Shown: positions 30,700 to 40,204, numbered from the stretch's first letter. The stretch is 64,000 nt of DNA from Trueperaceae bacterium (GCA_965213925.1 OZ243927.1:704001-768000); one strand, 5' to 3'. Numbers and translations are program-made. The notes: generated by a model from the sequence alone, not told the origin.

Positions 30700-31117
30700 T
30701 CTGTTCCTCCTCAGCTAGCTCGAGCCGCAGCGCGGCGATCACTGTCTCGGTGGCTTCCGTGTCCTGTCCCGCTCTCCCTAACACACGTCTGTAAGACTCG
30801 AAAACGCGCAGGGCTTCGCGGGGGCGTCCGACTTCGATGAGCAAGTCGCCTAGATGCTCACCGTAGGAGAGAAAAGCGGCGGGGTCGCCCGCCCTAACGC
30901 GGCGTTTCGCTTGAATGGCGGCGATGCGCTCCTCTAAAATCTGGCGGCGCTCCACGCGGCTGCGCACCACGCCCCACGCGACAAGAAAAATCGCCGCCGC
31001 TACGGTTGTTATTATACTAAACCCTCTAGGCACCCCTAGCTCTTCGGCCAAGTTCACTAGGAAGGGAAAGGTAAAAGCGAGCGCCGCCAAAAGCGCGATG
31101 AGCGCGGCGTAGTTCAT
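30686..31117 (-). CDS. Membrane protein with TPR-like C-terminus
   Basis: Two TM segments then HLGDLLIEVGRPREALRVF. Confidence 0.7.
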   Translation of the reverse strand: MNYAALIALLAALAFTFPFLVNLAEELGVPRGFSIITTVAAAIFLVAWGVVRSRVERRQILEERIAAIQAKRRVRAGDPAAFLSYGEHLGDLLIEVGRPREALRVFESYRRVLGRAGQDTEATETVIAALRLELAEEEQNASL

Positions 31118-31186
31118 CTAAAATCCAGAGGTCAGTTTGACCGCGCTACTCGTGTTCATCTGGTCCACGACGCTACTTTCTTCCAT
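31118..31186 (-). CDS. Candidate leaderless upstream ORF (22 aa)
   Basis: TAAGAT 6 nt before ATG 31186; MEESSVVDQMNTSSAVKLTSGF, with TAG directly adjoining the next ATG. Confidence 0.4.
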   Translation of the reverse strand: MEESSVVDQMNTSSAVKLTSGF

Positions 31187-31258
31187 CCCCTCATCTTAAC
31201 GCGTTTTTGACCCCGTCATATCTTCATTTCGTCGGGTGCGTGCTAAAATAGCCGGAAT

Positions 31259-31987
31259 GTGAAGTCGGCGCAGCCAACCCCACCCACCGTACCTAGTGTG
31301 GAGAAGCCGGGGTCAACCCCCGAGCCCGCCGAAGTGCGCCGCGTACCCATGAGTTACGAGGCGTACCTGAGCTATGAGAATGAAAGCGTCCGTAGCGAAT
31401 GGGTGGACGGAGAGGTCGTCGTCTATGTGCCGCCGAAAGCCGAGCACCAACGTATTCTTGCTTTTCTCGAGCGTCTTCTCGCCCTCTTTGTCAATCTAAA
31501 AGGTTTAGGTGAGGTCAATATCGCGCCTTTCGAGGTCAAGCTGTGGGAGGAGGGTCCCTCGAGAGAGCCCGATATCTTCTTCGTCAGCCAGGCGTCGCGC
31601 TCCAGATTCAGCCCCGAGCGCTTTAGCGGCGCACCCGAACTCGTCACAGAGATTATCTCACCGAGCAGCCTCCATATCGACCGAAACACGAAACCCCGCG
31701 AGTACGAGCGGGCGGGCGTGAAGGAGTACTGGGTCATCGACTCGAGACCCGACAAGGCGCGCGCGGACTTCTTCAAATTAGATGACACGAACCGCTATGA
31801 CCTCTTCGCTACTGAGACCGATGAGACGGTCACGTCCGAGGTCGTAGAGGGCTTTTGGTTGCGCCCTGAGTGGCTCTGGCAACCTGACCTTAATTCCCTA
31901 AAAGCGCTTGCAGAAATCGTCGGCAAAGAGGCGCTGATCGAGGCGTTGCAGAGTGATATGGAGGAGGGCTCAAGCGAACCCTCCTAA
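31259..31987 (+). CDS. Uma2 family endonuclease
   Basis: SEWVDGEV, REPDIFFV, GAPELVTEIISPSS, YERAGVKEYWVID. Confidence 0.9.
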   Translation: MKSAQPTPPTVPSVEKPGSTPEPAEVRRVPMSYEAYLSYENESVRSEWVDGEVVVYVPPKAEHQRILAFLERLLALFVNLKGLGEVNIAPFEVKLWEEGPSREPDIFFVSQASRSRFSPERFSGAPELVTEIISPSSLHIDRNTKPREYERAGVKEYWVIDSRPDKARADFFKLDDTNRYDLFATETDETVTSEVVEGFWLRPEWLWQPDLNSLKALAEIVGKEALIEALQSDMEEGSSEPS

Positions 31988-32078
31988 TTCCCGACAAGGA
32001 GTTGCAACCTACTTTTTCCGTTATCGGGTGCGCGTACGTAGAACCTCGAGCCGACCGTTTCACGCTGAACGTGCTCAG

Positions 32079-32098
32079 ATACCCCAGTGGGATATAAT
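32079..32098 (+). promoter_or_regulatory. CsoR-type operator overlapping a -10 box
   Basis: ATACCCCAGTGGGATAT pseudo-palindrome with C/G tracts, running into TATAAT (32093-32098). Confidence 0.6.
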
Positions 32099-32127
32099 GA
32101 GATAAATTGCAGAGCGGAGGGCGTTTC

Positions 32128-32421
32128 ATGGCACAGGCTGAGTTAGAGAAACAGGAAAAAGGCGGTTCGGCGGCGCAGAAGACGAAGGTATTGAACCGGC
32201 TGCGGCGGCTCGAGGGGCAGGTGCGCGGCTTACAAAAGATGGTGGACGACGAGCGGAGTTGTCAAGAGGTTTTGACGCTGCTCGCGGGCGTGCGTAGCGC
32301 GCTAAACGCCACCGCCGATGTGATCTTGGAAAGTTACCTAGATAAATGCCAGGCGGACTTCAAGGGTGGCGAGGGCGATGTGTCCGAACTGCTCCGCGCC
32401 GTCAAACTCGCCAGAGGTTGA
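32128..32421 (+). CDS. CsoR/RcnR family transcriptional repressor
   Basis: LNRLRRLEGQVRGLQKMV...SCQEVLTLLAGVRSAL; GGAGG before ATG 32128. Confidence 0.9.
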   Translation: MAQAELEKQEKGGSAAQKTKVLNRLRRLEGQVRGLQKMVDDERSCQEVLTLLAGVRSALNATADVILESYLDKCQADFKGGEGDVSELLRAVKLARG

Positions 32422-32432
32422 GCGTCAAGAGG

Positions 32433-32663
32433 TCAAGCAAAAGTGCGGTAAAAGGCGGCTTTGTGCCGCTCACCCATCTGCTGATAAGCAGTCACTAACT
32501 TCGCCGCAAAAAAGCGCACCGCCCGCTCGTCACGCGCGCCGCGCGCCTCTTCAAAGCAGTACAAACAGTGCTGCACGACGATATGCCACTGCGCACCCTG
32601 CTCGGCGAGCACAGCGCGTAAATAAGCTTGTCGAACGTCGATGATAGGAGAACGTAAACTCAT
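32433..32663 (-). CDS. Small hypothetical helical protein
   Basis: ORF with plausible codon use; no recognised motif. Confidence 0.5.
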   Translation of the reverse strand: MSLRSPIIDVRQAYLRAVLAEQGAQWHIVVQHCLYCFEEARGARDERAVRFFAAKLVTAYQQMGERHKAAFYRTFA

Positions 32664-32802
32664 CGTATAACCTTTAGAGACGGTAGCACGGCGTACACTT
32701 TTCAAAGGGGACATATCTCACCAAGAGCTGATATTAGCGTCTTTTTTCTCTTTTGACTAGGGGCGAACGTAGATGCAATGCGGTATGGTGGCACTAGTAC
32801 TG

Positions 32803-32874
32803 AGCAATGAGCAACCCAGTCAAGCTGGTTACGCGGTCTCCCGAAGGGAACGAACGGCGAGCGACGAGCAACGA
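32803..32874. repeat. AGCAAYG heptamer array with 21-nt micro-element copy C (32816-32857) and nested insert (32829-32849)
   Basis: AGCAAC-CCAGTCAAGCTGG[TTACGCGGTCTCCCGAAGGGA]ACGAACGG-CGAG. Confidence 0.85.
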
Positions 32875-33000
32875 GTCGAAGAGCGCTGCCATTGACCTCT
32901 TAGCTCGAGCTAAAAGGTGTTCCGTCCTACGCGCACACGCTTAGGCTCCGCGTAGCTTTGCGCACAAAATGTGGATACGCTAGTCATTTAGGAGGCAACG

Positions 33001-33846
33001 ATGTTTCAAGAGGGTTTGCTTAAAGATAAGGTCGTGTTGGTCACGGGGGGCGGCACGGGCTTAGGTCGTTCGATGTGTGAGCGGTTTTTGGCGCTCGGGG
33101 CGCGGATTGCCATCTCGAGCCGCCGTCAAGAGGTCTTGGACCAGGCCGCGCAGGAGATGATGGACGCTACAGGTGGCGAGGTCTTCACCACCACCGTAGA
33201 CGTGCGCGATCCCGAACAGGTGAAGGGGATGATGGACGCCGTCGAGGGTCACTTCGGGCGAATCGACGTGCTCCTCAACAATGCCGCCGGTAACTTCATC
33301 TCGCCTACCGAACGCTTATCTCACCGTGCGGTTGACGCTGTACTCAATATCGTTCTCCACGGAACCTTTTACTGCACCTTAGACCTCGGCAAGCGCTGGA
33401 TCGAAAAGAAGCAGCCGGGCGTCGTGCTGAATATCGCCACGACCTACGCTATGACCGGCTCGGGCTACGTCGCGCCCTCTGCTGCCGCTAAAGCGGGCGT
33501 CGTGAGCCTTACCAAATCGCTCGCGGCGGAGTGGGGCAAGTACAATATCCGCCTCAACGCCATCGCCCCCGGACCCTTCCCCACCGAGGGCGCGTGGAGC
33601 CGCCTCATGCCCACCGATGAGATTCAAGAACTCTTTGAAAAGCGCATTCCGCTAGGGCGCGTCGGGCGACACGAAGAACTCGCCAACCTCGCCTCATACC
33701 TCATCTCGGACGCTTCGGGGTTTATTACCGGCGACCTCATTCACATTGATGGGGGCGAGACGACGTGGGGGGCGGGGGAGTTTAATATTTTGGATGAGGT
33801 GACGAGCGAGCAGTGGGATAAGTTGGCGGAGATGAGGAAGGGGTAG
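33001..33846 (+). CDS. SDR oxidoreductase, 2,4-dienoyl-CoA reductase-like
   Basis: TGGGTGLG, NNAAGNF, SAAAKAGV, NAIAPGP. Confidence 0.9.
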   Translation: MFQEGLLKDKVVLVTGGGTGLGRSMCERFLALGARIAISSRRQEVLDQAAQEMMDATGGEVFTTTVDVRDPEQVKGMMDAVEGHFGRIDVLLNNAAGNFISPTERLSHRAVDAVLNIVLHGTFYCTLDLGKRWIEKKQPGVVLNIATTYAMTGSGYVAPSAAAKAGVVSLTKSLAAEWGKYNIRLNAIAPGPFPTEGAWSRLMPTDEIQELFEKRIPLGRVGRHEELANLASYLISDASGFITGDLIHIDGGETTWGAGEFNILDEVTSEQWDKLAEMRKG

Positions 33847-33908
33847 CCCTGAGATTCACATCTGACTTCAGATTGGTAGTGGTCGCACCCCGAATGCTAT
33901 AGTAGGGC

Positions 33909-34187
33909 ATGGTTACGAAGACACTCACCTGTTACCACTGCGACAGCGAGAACATCGTCAAGAACGGCGTAGCGCCGAATGGGAAGCAGAAGTATCGCTG
34001 TAAGGACTGTAAAAAGCAGAGCCGTGAGGAGCCGAGTCCGAATGGCTACACTGAGCCGCGCAAAGAGGAGATTTTAAGCGCGTATGAGGAGCGTTCCAGT
34101 TTAAGAGGGCTTGAGCGCACCTTCGGGGTGGCGCGTAGCACGGTGAGTCGCTGGCTCAAAAAAAACGAAGAAAACTCCCCGCACTGA
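33909..34187 (+). CDS. insA: IS1 InsA (zinc finger plus HTH)
   Basis: CYHC...KNG...QKYRCKDC, SLRGLERTFGVARSTVSRW; A8C slippery site 34158-34166. Confidence 0.9.
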   Translation: MVTKTLTCYHCDSENIVKNGVAPNGKQKYRCKDCKKQSREEPSPNGYTEPRKEEILSAYEERSSLRGLERTFGVARSTVSRWLKKNEENSPH

Positions 34188-34636
34188 AAGACACCCTTGT
34201 CAGGTTCGATGTTCCTCAGCGCGTGGAGCTAGAGCTTGATGAGTTGCACTCGTTTGTGCAGAAGAAAGCGAAGAAACGCTGGGTGTGGATCGCTTTATGC
34301 AAGCAGACTCGTCAAGTGGTTGCTTGCGTCATAGGTGGGCGCGGCGCAGCCACCTGTAAGCAACTCTGGAAGGGCATTCCTGAAAACTACAAGCAAGGTC
34401 TTCGTTACAGCGACTTCTGGGAAGCCTATCAGAGCGTACTGCCAGACGAACACCACCAAGCTGTCAGTAAAGCTACAGGTCTTACTTCCCACGTTGAGCG
34501 CTTCAACAACACACTCAGGCAACGTCTTGCTCGCTTCGTGCGCAAGACGTTGGCATTCTCTAAGTCCGAGCATATGCATCTTACCTGTCTACACCGCTTC
34601 CTCGTCCGTTACAACCTGGAGATCATTCGGGATTGA
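34166..34636 (+). CDS. insB: IS1 InsB DDE domain (-1 frameshift fusion partner)
   Basis: ELDELHSFV, SDFWEAY, VERFNNTLRQRLARFVRKT; open in the -1 frame from the A-run. Confidence 0.9.
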   Translation, partial: RRKLPALKDTLVRFDVPQRVELELDELHSFVQKKAKKRWVWIALCKQTRQVVACVIGGRGAATCKQLWKGIPENYKQGLRYSDFWEAYQSVLPDEHHQAVSKATGLTSHVERFNNTLRQRLARFVRKTLAFSKSEHMHLTCLHRFLVRYNLEIIRD

Positions 34637-34742
34637 ACCACTACCTTCAGATTTACAAAAGCTAAAATTGCTGTTCCTGACGCAGTACTGCAATGTACGG
34701 TTGGCTCTAAGAAAGCACCTTATATTGCTCTATACTGTGTAT

Positions 34743-34762
34743 ACTGTTAGGGTACTAACAGT
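34743..34762. promoter_or_regulatory. Palindromic putative operator
   Basis: ACTGTTAG-GGTA-CTAACAGT next to TATACT boxes, upstream of the DUF4258-like gene. Confidence 0.45.
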
Positions 34763-34822
34763 TAAAAGAATGTGTGGGCTCCGTAAACTGCTGATAAGGG
34801 AAAGGAGTAGGGCAAGTTATAG

Positions 34823-35194
34823 ATGGATGAAGCCTCGAGTCAGCCCACGCGCCTTGAAGAAGCATTTGACTTTGACACATCCGAGGTTCTTCCTTGGGAG
34901 AAAGAAGCGATACAACAAGCCATCTCATCACGTAAACTTCTGATCAACCAGAAGTGGCACGCTGGACAACGAGCGTTACAGCGCGAGTTTACCGTGAAGG
35001 ACATTATCAACTGTATTGCACATGGGAGAGCAAAAAGTAAAGACCCTATTCCTTGGGACCCCGAAGAAAAGGGAGTAAGAAAGGCGGGAATTAACTATGA
35101 TGGAGTTTCTTCGAAAGGAGTAGGGATGCGTGTAAAGGTTGGTTGGACAAAGTACGGTTATACCGTAGTGACAGTGCACAAACGTAAACGATGA
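34823..35194 (+). CDS. DUF4258-like putative RNase toxin
   Basis: HAGQRALQREFTVKDIINCIAHG...MRVKV...VVTVH pattern; low GC; ATGA overlap with the next gene. Confidence 0.65.
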   Translation: MDEASSQPTRLEEAFDFDTSEVLPWEKEAIQQAISSRKLLINQKWHAGQRALQREFTVKDIINCIAHGRAKSKDPIPWDPEEKGVRKAGINYDGVSSKGVGMRVKVGWTKYGYTVVTVHKRKR

Positions 35195-36267
35195 TTGAAC
35201 TAGAAAACGATAAAACGACTGTTACTCATACTCAGCATATTGACAATGGCTCGGTTGTCGTTATTACCGATGTGCCCGCCTATGTTTGGGAAGAAGATGG
35301 TGAAGAGCAAACTGTATATGACATGGATGTTGCATTAAAAATTGACGATTTCGTAGCAAGTATTTTTGAAGAAAGCTCAGAACCCAATAGCGTTCTTACT
35401 TACTCCTTTCAATATTTAGATGCAAGCTTATATGCTGATGCGCAAATTAGAATGACTGGCTCGAGTCGTGTCAGCTTTGGTAGCGCTACAACAAAAGAGT
35501 GGAAAGATAGCATTGACGCTATCCATAGAAGCATCTTATTTTTGAAAGATGCACTTAAATCTGTATATAAGAGCGCTACTATAGAGGACCCTGTTTTAGT
35601 TCCTGCGCCTGGCAGTCTTTTATTCAACTTACAAACGGCTGAGCCTACAAGGGCGACTCAGAATTCAATATTACCTGTTCCAAATCGCTTAGAGATACAA
35701 ATTCTCGAACTACTAATGGATGGCTATAATTTTGCGGTTGATGATGATGTGCGTAACGCACTTATAGAAGAGTATCCTCAATTTAAGATTGCAACACTAA
35801 AAGCTATTGAGCGTCTATCACCTCATAAAAGTTCCGAGATAGAAAAAGTCGAAATTATTCCTTTGAGTGAGTCTCTAAAAGAGTTTGAACCTATTACCTT
35901 AACGAAAACAACGCGCGAAATAGCTAGAAATAAGCGTTCTTGGTTGGAATCGGGCTCTGAAAAATCTGATGTAAGAGAAGTTATCATTATTGGTCAAGTT
36001 GCGCAACTCGCTAGGGATTCAACCTTTACAATTTCGGATATTGAATACAACTATCCCGAAGGTAGAAAGTACCGCACCAAAGCGCTTTACTATTCAAGAA
36101 TTTTTAAGCAGTTGGGAGAGCTATTTCTGAACAAGAAACGAGTCGTCTTCCGAGGTATTGAGTATAGAATCAATGGCAAATGGAGCAGTATTCCGAACAT
36201 TAGAGAGGTTAAAGAGTTTAATGGGGAAGTTCCGTCAGATAACAAACCTATTCCCAAACATCTTTGA
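35191..36267 (+). CDS. Hypothetical protein: degenerate YgiT-like N-terminus plus large uncharacterised domain(s)
   Basis: VVVITDVPAYVWEEDGE resembles YgiT-type VxNVPAxVCxxCGE without the cysteines; low GC. Confidence 0.6.
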   Translation: MIELENDKTTVTHTQHIDNGSVVVITDVPAYVWEEDGEEQTVYDMDVALKIDDFVASIFEESSEPNSVLTYSFQYLDASLYADAQIRMTGSSRVSFGSATTKEWKDSIDAIHRSILFLKDALKSVYKSATIEDPVLVPAPGSLLFNLQTAEPTRATQNSILPVPNRLEIQILELLMDGYNFAVDDDVRNALIEEYPQFKIATLKAIERLSPHKSSEIEKVEIIPLSESLKEFEPITLTKTTREIARNKRSWLESGSEKSDVREVIIIGQVAQLARDSTFTISDIEYNYPEGRKYRTKALYYSRIFKQLGELFLNKKRVVFRGIEYRINGKWSSIPNIREVKEFNGEVPSDNKPIPKHL

Positions 36268-36337
36268 CTCTCCTTTCCCGAGACTCCAAGCATTACCCAC
36301 ACCATGCCCTGAACCCATCTCAACATAAGCTCTCCAA

Positions 36338-37483
36338 GTGAGCACTCAAACTTTTACGCGCACTCGCTTCACCTGGCTCGCCTACGGGATGCTGGCGTAC
36401 TTCGCCCTCTCGCAGTCGGTGTTCGCGCCCATCATGCCTTTTTTGCGCCGCGAGCTGAGCCTTAGTTATACGGTTGGCGGGTTTCACCCTAGCGCCTTCG
36501 CCCTCGGCATGGTCCTCATCGGTCTTTTTGGCGACGGGGCTATAGAGAGGCTCGGGCAGCGCCGCGCTTTTTGGGGCGGCGGCGCAGGTATGGCGGTCGG
36601 GACGCTGCTCTTAGCGACGGGACAAAATGCTTATATGACCATCACTGGCGCTCTGATTATGGGCACGCTCGGCACGTTGCTGTTCGTCATCATTCAAGCG
36701 ACGCTCGCGAATGCGCATCAGTATTTTCGCCCCGTCGCCTTTATGGAGGCGAACCTCGCGGCGGCGGTGAGCGTGAGTTTTTTGCCGCTGCTGGTGGGTG
36801 GCTTCGAAGAGGTTGGTCTCGGTTGGCGCGTCGCGCTCTTCCTCGTCGTAACGCTATGGCTGGCGATGGTATTTAGCTTGCGCGAGACGCCCTTTCCGCG
36901 ACCTCTTCGAGATGAGGATGAAACAAAAGAGAGGCTACCCCGTATCTTCTGGCTCTACTGGACGATTATCTTTTTAGGCGTGTCGGCGGAGTGGTGCGTG
37001 GCGCTCTGGAGCGCGGACTTTTTGATCTCGAGCCTCACCCTCACCGAGAGCCGCGCCGCCTCGCTCATCTTTGTCTTTGTCGGTGCGGGTGCACTAGGGC
37101 GTTTGGTCGGGAGTCGGTTGGCGAGGAGGTCGAGCAGCCGAAACCTCTTACTCATCTACCTCTTTATCCTCTTGGGCGGCTTTCCGCTCTTTTGGTTAGG
37201 AACAACTTTAACGCTTAAAATGATCGGGCTTACCATCGTCGGCTTCGGTGCGGCGGGGCTTTTCCCGCTCGGTTTAGCTACCGCGACGGACGCTTTGCCG
37301 ACCTACGCCGACCTCATCAGCGCCCGCAGTTCGTTTGCAAGCGGTTTAGCCATCTTGGTCAACCCGCAGCTTTTGGGGATGAGCGCGGACCTCTTCGGCA
37401 TCGGGCGGGCGTTTAGTTTGGTGCTGTTGCTCGGCGGATTGGCGGTGGTGCTTACAATTATTGCGGGGAGAATCGAACGTTAA
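36338..37483 (+). CDS. MFS transporter
   Basis: About 12 hydrophobic segments; GRLVGSRLARR motif-A-like loop. Confidence 0.88.
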   Translation: MSTQTFTRTRFTWLAYGMLAYFALSQSVFAPIMPFLRRELSLSYTVGGFHPSAFALGMVLIGLFGDGAIERLGQRRAFWGGGAGMAVGTLLLATGQNAYMTITGALIMGTLGTLLFVIIQATLANAHQYFRPVAFMEANLAAAVSVSFLPLLVGGFEEVGLGWRVALFLVVTLWLAMVFSLRETPFPRPLRDEDETKERLPRIFWLYWTIIFLGVSAEWCVALWSADFLISSLTLTESRAASLIFVFVGAGALGRLVGSRLARRSSSRNLLLIYLFILLGGFPLFWLGTTLTLKMIGLTIVGFGAAGLFPLGLATATDALPTYADLISARSSFASGLAILVNPQLLGMSADLFGIGRAFSLVLLLGGLAVVLTIIAGRIER

Positions 37484-37899
37484 AGCTGATCGCCCGTCGG
37501 CAGTTCCAAGCGGAAGGTGCCCGAGGCGTCCTCTAAGATCAACCTTACGCGGTAGATTCCCTGACCTCTTTTAAGCATCTGCGAGAGGTTGACCTCTTCG
37601 CCCTCCCCGTAAATCTGTCTGAACAGGACGCGCTCAGGCTCGCCCGCTTTACCGGTCTGAAAGCTGCTCGGTTTTTCGTATGTTCCCTCGACGGTGAGCA
37701 GGCCGCGTCTGACTTCGCCGTTCAGCTCCAAGGGAAACCCGTCCGCCGAAGAGACGCGCCGCACGTAAGAGGCGTCCGTCGTCGTTTTGTAGGCAAAAAT
37801 AGGCGTCTGCGGCGGAATACCTACGTACCAGCCGCGCCACTCGCCCACGCCGAAGAAAACCACGGCGCAGAAGACGAGAAAGACGAGAAAGTCGCGCAT
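37480..37899 (-). CDS. Hypothetical membrane-anchored protein
   Basis: N-terminal TM then beta-rich domain; TATAGT 6 nt before ATG 37899. Confidence 0.7.
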   Translation of the reverse strand: MRDFLVFLVFCAVVFFGVGEWRGWYVGIPPQTPIFAYKTTTDASYVRRVSSADGFPLELNGEVRRGLLTVEGTYEKPSSFQTGKAGEPERVLFRQIYGEGEEVNLSQMLKRGQGIYRVRLILEDASGTFRLELPTGDQL

Positions 37900-38205
37900 A
37901 GCCCAACTATAGAGCGCTGCTCTAACGCACGCTCGTAAATTTTTCGCTAACGCTAGGGCGCGTAAACGAGGTGTGACGCGCGCCACGCCGCGGTGATAGA
38001 GGATGCATCTCATCTTCCTAAAACTTCGCTAAGCTCGCGCGCTAAACCCCACGTTAAGCTGCGTGTGAAGTATTACATAGAGGCGCAGCCAAGATACGCT
38101 ATACAAAGGAAAGACAGCCTCGAGACCCTGTCAAAACACCCTGTAGAAAGCTCTATATGCCGAAATTAGGTGAGACTCGCCCGAAGCGGCTCGAAAGGAA
38201 AAGAG

Positions 38206-39111
38206 ATGCGTAATATTACCCTTAGCCCTGGTACGTCAGCGAGCGATTCCTCGAACGGCAGCGTGAGCGAAGGTCGCCTTCCTGACTTCGTCATTATCGG
38301 CGCGATGAAGTGCGGCACGACGAGCCTCTACGACTACCTGAACTTGCACCCTGAAGTCTCGATGTCGCACCCTAAAGAACTCAACTTCTTCACCCAGCAT
38401 CAGCGCTGGAGGTTAGGGGTCGACTGGTACAAAGACCGTTTTGCCCCTAAAGATGAGGCGTGCGCGGCGCGTGTGAGGGGCGAAGCGTCGCCCAATTACA
38501 CCCGCCATCCGCTCTTTCCCGGCGTGCCCGAGCGGATGTGTCAGGTTGTGCCGAACGCTAAACTTATCTACTGCGTGCGCGACCCGGTTTCGCGCGCCAT
38601 GTCACACTACGTCCACGACTACTCGATAGGCGAGCAAGACAGACCCTTCGCCGAAGCGGTGCTCGACGAGAAAGAGGCGTACCTCTGGTGTAGTCGCTAC
38701 TTTCATCAGCTAGAGCAGTACTTAAAGGTTTACGATGCGTCGCAGATCAAGGTCGTCGTGTTGGAGGATATGAAAGAAAAGCCGTATGAGACGCTGGGTG
38801 AGGTGTTCGCGTTTTTGGGCGTGGACCCGAGCTACCGAGACGAGCGTTTTAGGTCGTCCTCCGGCACGATGCCGAGCGCGAAGGCGCGGCGGCGCAACTT
38901 CGTTAAGAGCTGGATGCGGCGCAACGGTGTGCGCGGTATGTATTGGCTCGAGCGCAACCTCCCGTGGGTTCTCGGCCGCCCCATCAAGCAGCCTGAAATC
39001 AACGAGGAACTCCACCGAAAGCTGCTCGGGGCGCTAGAGGACGACACCCAAGCCTTTCGCGCATTGACGGGGCTCGAGCTTCCGTGCTGGCGCTGGGTTC
39101 CGCCCCGGTGA
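38206..39111 (+). CDS. Sulfotransferase
   Basis: PDFVIIGAMKCGTTSL (5'-PSB), GEASPNY, RDPVSRAMSHY (3'-PB). Confidence 0.92.
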   Translation: MRNITLSPGTSASDSSNGSVSEGRLPDFVIIGAMKCGTTSLYDYLNLHPEVSMSHPKELNFFTQHQRWRLGVDWYKDRFAPKDEACAARVRGEASPNYTRHPLFPGVPERMCQVVPNAKLIYCVRDPVSRAMSHYVHDYSIGEQDRPFAEAVLDEKEAYLWCSRYFHQLEQYLKVYDASQIKVVVLEDMKEKPYETLGEVFAFLGVDPSYRDERFRSSSGTMPSAKARRRNFVKSWMRRNGVRGMYWLERNLPWVLGRPIKQPEINEELHRKLLGALEDDTQAFRALTGLELPCWRWVPPR

Positions 39112-39161
39112 GCGGGCGCTCGGATTTACTCAGGCTCGAGCGTACAGGTTATAAGGCGTCG

Positions 39162-39968
39162 CTAAAATTCGTCGGGGAAGTTGAACCCGCCCGCCGGACG
39201 TACAGGTTCCCTTTCGGAGTCTGAGCGGCTATCCTCTTGCCAGTCGCGACTTGCAAACGCGGCGACCTTTTCGCGGCGTTCGCGCTGCGCCTCTTGCGCT
39301 TGGCGCTCCTGCCAAGAGCGCTCGCGCAGCCTGCTGACGTGGGCGCTCGCGAGTTGCCGAAAAGGGGTCAGGGTTTGACCCAAGGGTGAGACTTTGTAGC
39401 GGGCATCCCAGGGTTCGAATTCGAAGCTCGCTTGCAGCGAGACGTAGCGTTTGCTGCTCCCCGAGAGGTAGAAGTAGAGCGTGAGCTTGCCCTCTTCGCC
39501 GTCGAACTGTGGCAGGGTCTCTTTAACCACCACCGACGCCTCGGGACCGACGATTTGCGCGGTTTCCAAGGTGAGCGGCACGTCCATGTCGGGCGTTTTT
39601 AGGGCGACCTCTAAGAGTTGAACGGGGTACATGTTGAGGTTGCTGACCGTCATGCGCAGGGCGTGACTGACAGGGCGCATAAGTGCGTTGCCGCGCCCCT
39701 TCTCGTCTTGTTCGACGTAGTCCTCGAGCACGCGGATTTCGCCTAGCGACACCAGCAGTTCGGGTTTGCTCGGCGCGGGCTCTTCAGGACGGCGGCGGCG
39801 CAGAAGCATCGAGAGAAGTAGAAGGATGAGGAGCCCGACAGCGACCATGCCCCACGTCAGCGGGTCTAAACGCTGCAAGGTAGACTGTGCCGTGGGCGAC
39901 AAGAGGGTCCAGAGGTTGGAGAAAAATGACGTGACGCTGTTCCACATCATCTCGAGCGTGCGTACCAT
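39162..39968 (-). CDS. Hypothetical membrane-anchored protein
   Basis: Single TM followed by RRRRP; TAAGCT 5 nt before ATG. Confidence 0.72.
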   Translation of the reverse strand: MVRTLEMMWNSVTSFFSNLWTLLSPTAQSTLQRLDPLTWGMVAVGLLILLLLSMLLRRRRPEEPAPSKPELLVSLGEIRVLEDYVEQDEKGRGNALMRPVSHALRMTVSNLNMYPVQLLEVALKTPDMDVPLTLETAQIVGPEASVVVKETLPQFDGEEGKLTLYFYLSGSSKRYVSLQASFEFEPWDARYKVSPLGQTLTPFRQLASAHVSRLRERSWQERQAQEAQRERREKVAAFASRDWQEDSRSDSEREPVRPAGGFNFPDEF

Positions 39969-40204
39969 ACCCTAGCTTATACCGCACAGAGGTGAAAGAG
40001 GCGTAAGTGCGGGGCAAATCCCCTCTTTTTTAAGGTTCTATGAAGTTTTTCACCGCCGTAGCAGGTATGATTTGGTCATAAACGCGCTCAGAAGACATCC
40101 TTTCGCACGTGCGTTCAGGGACGATGTCCGCGCGATGTGAACTCAGTAAGGTTGAAAGACCTTTTATTGATTCCAATTCTCAGCGAATGTATAGCCGAGC
40201 ATAT

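Larger units (their letters stand above)
33875..34645 (+). mobile_element. IS1-family insertion sequence (771 bp)
   Basis: Inverted repeats GGTAGTGGTCGCACCCCGAATG and CATTCGGGATTGAACCACTACC; 8-bp duplication TTCAGATT at 33867-33874 and 34646-34653. Confidence 0.95.
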
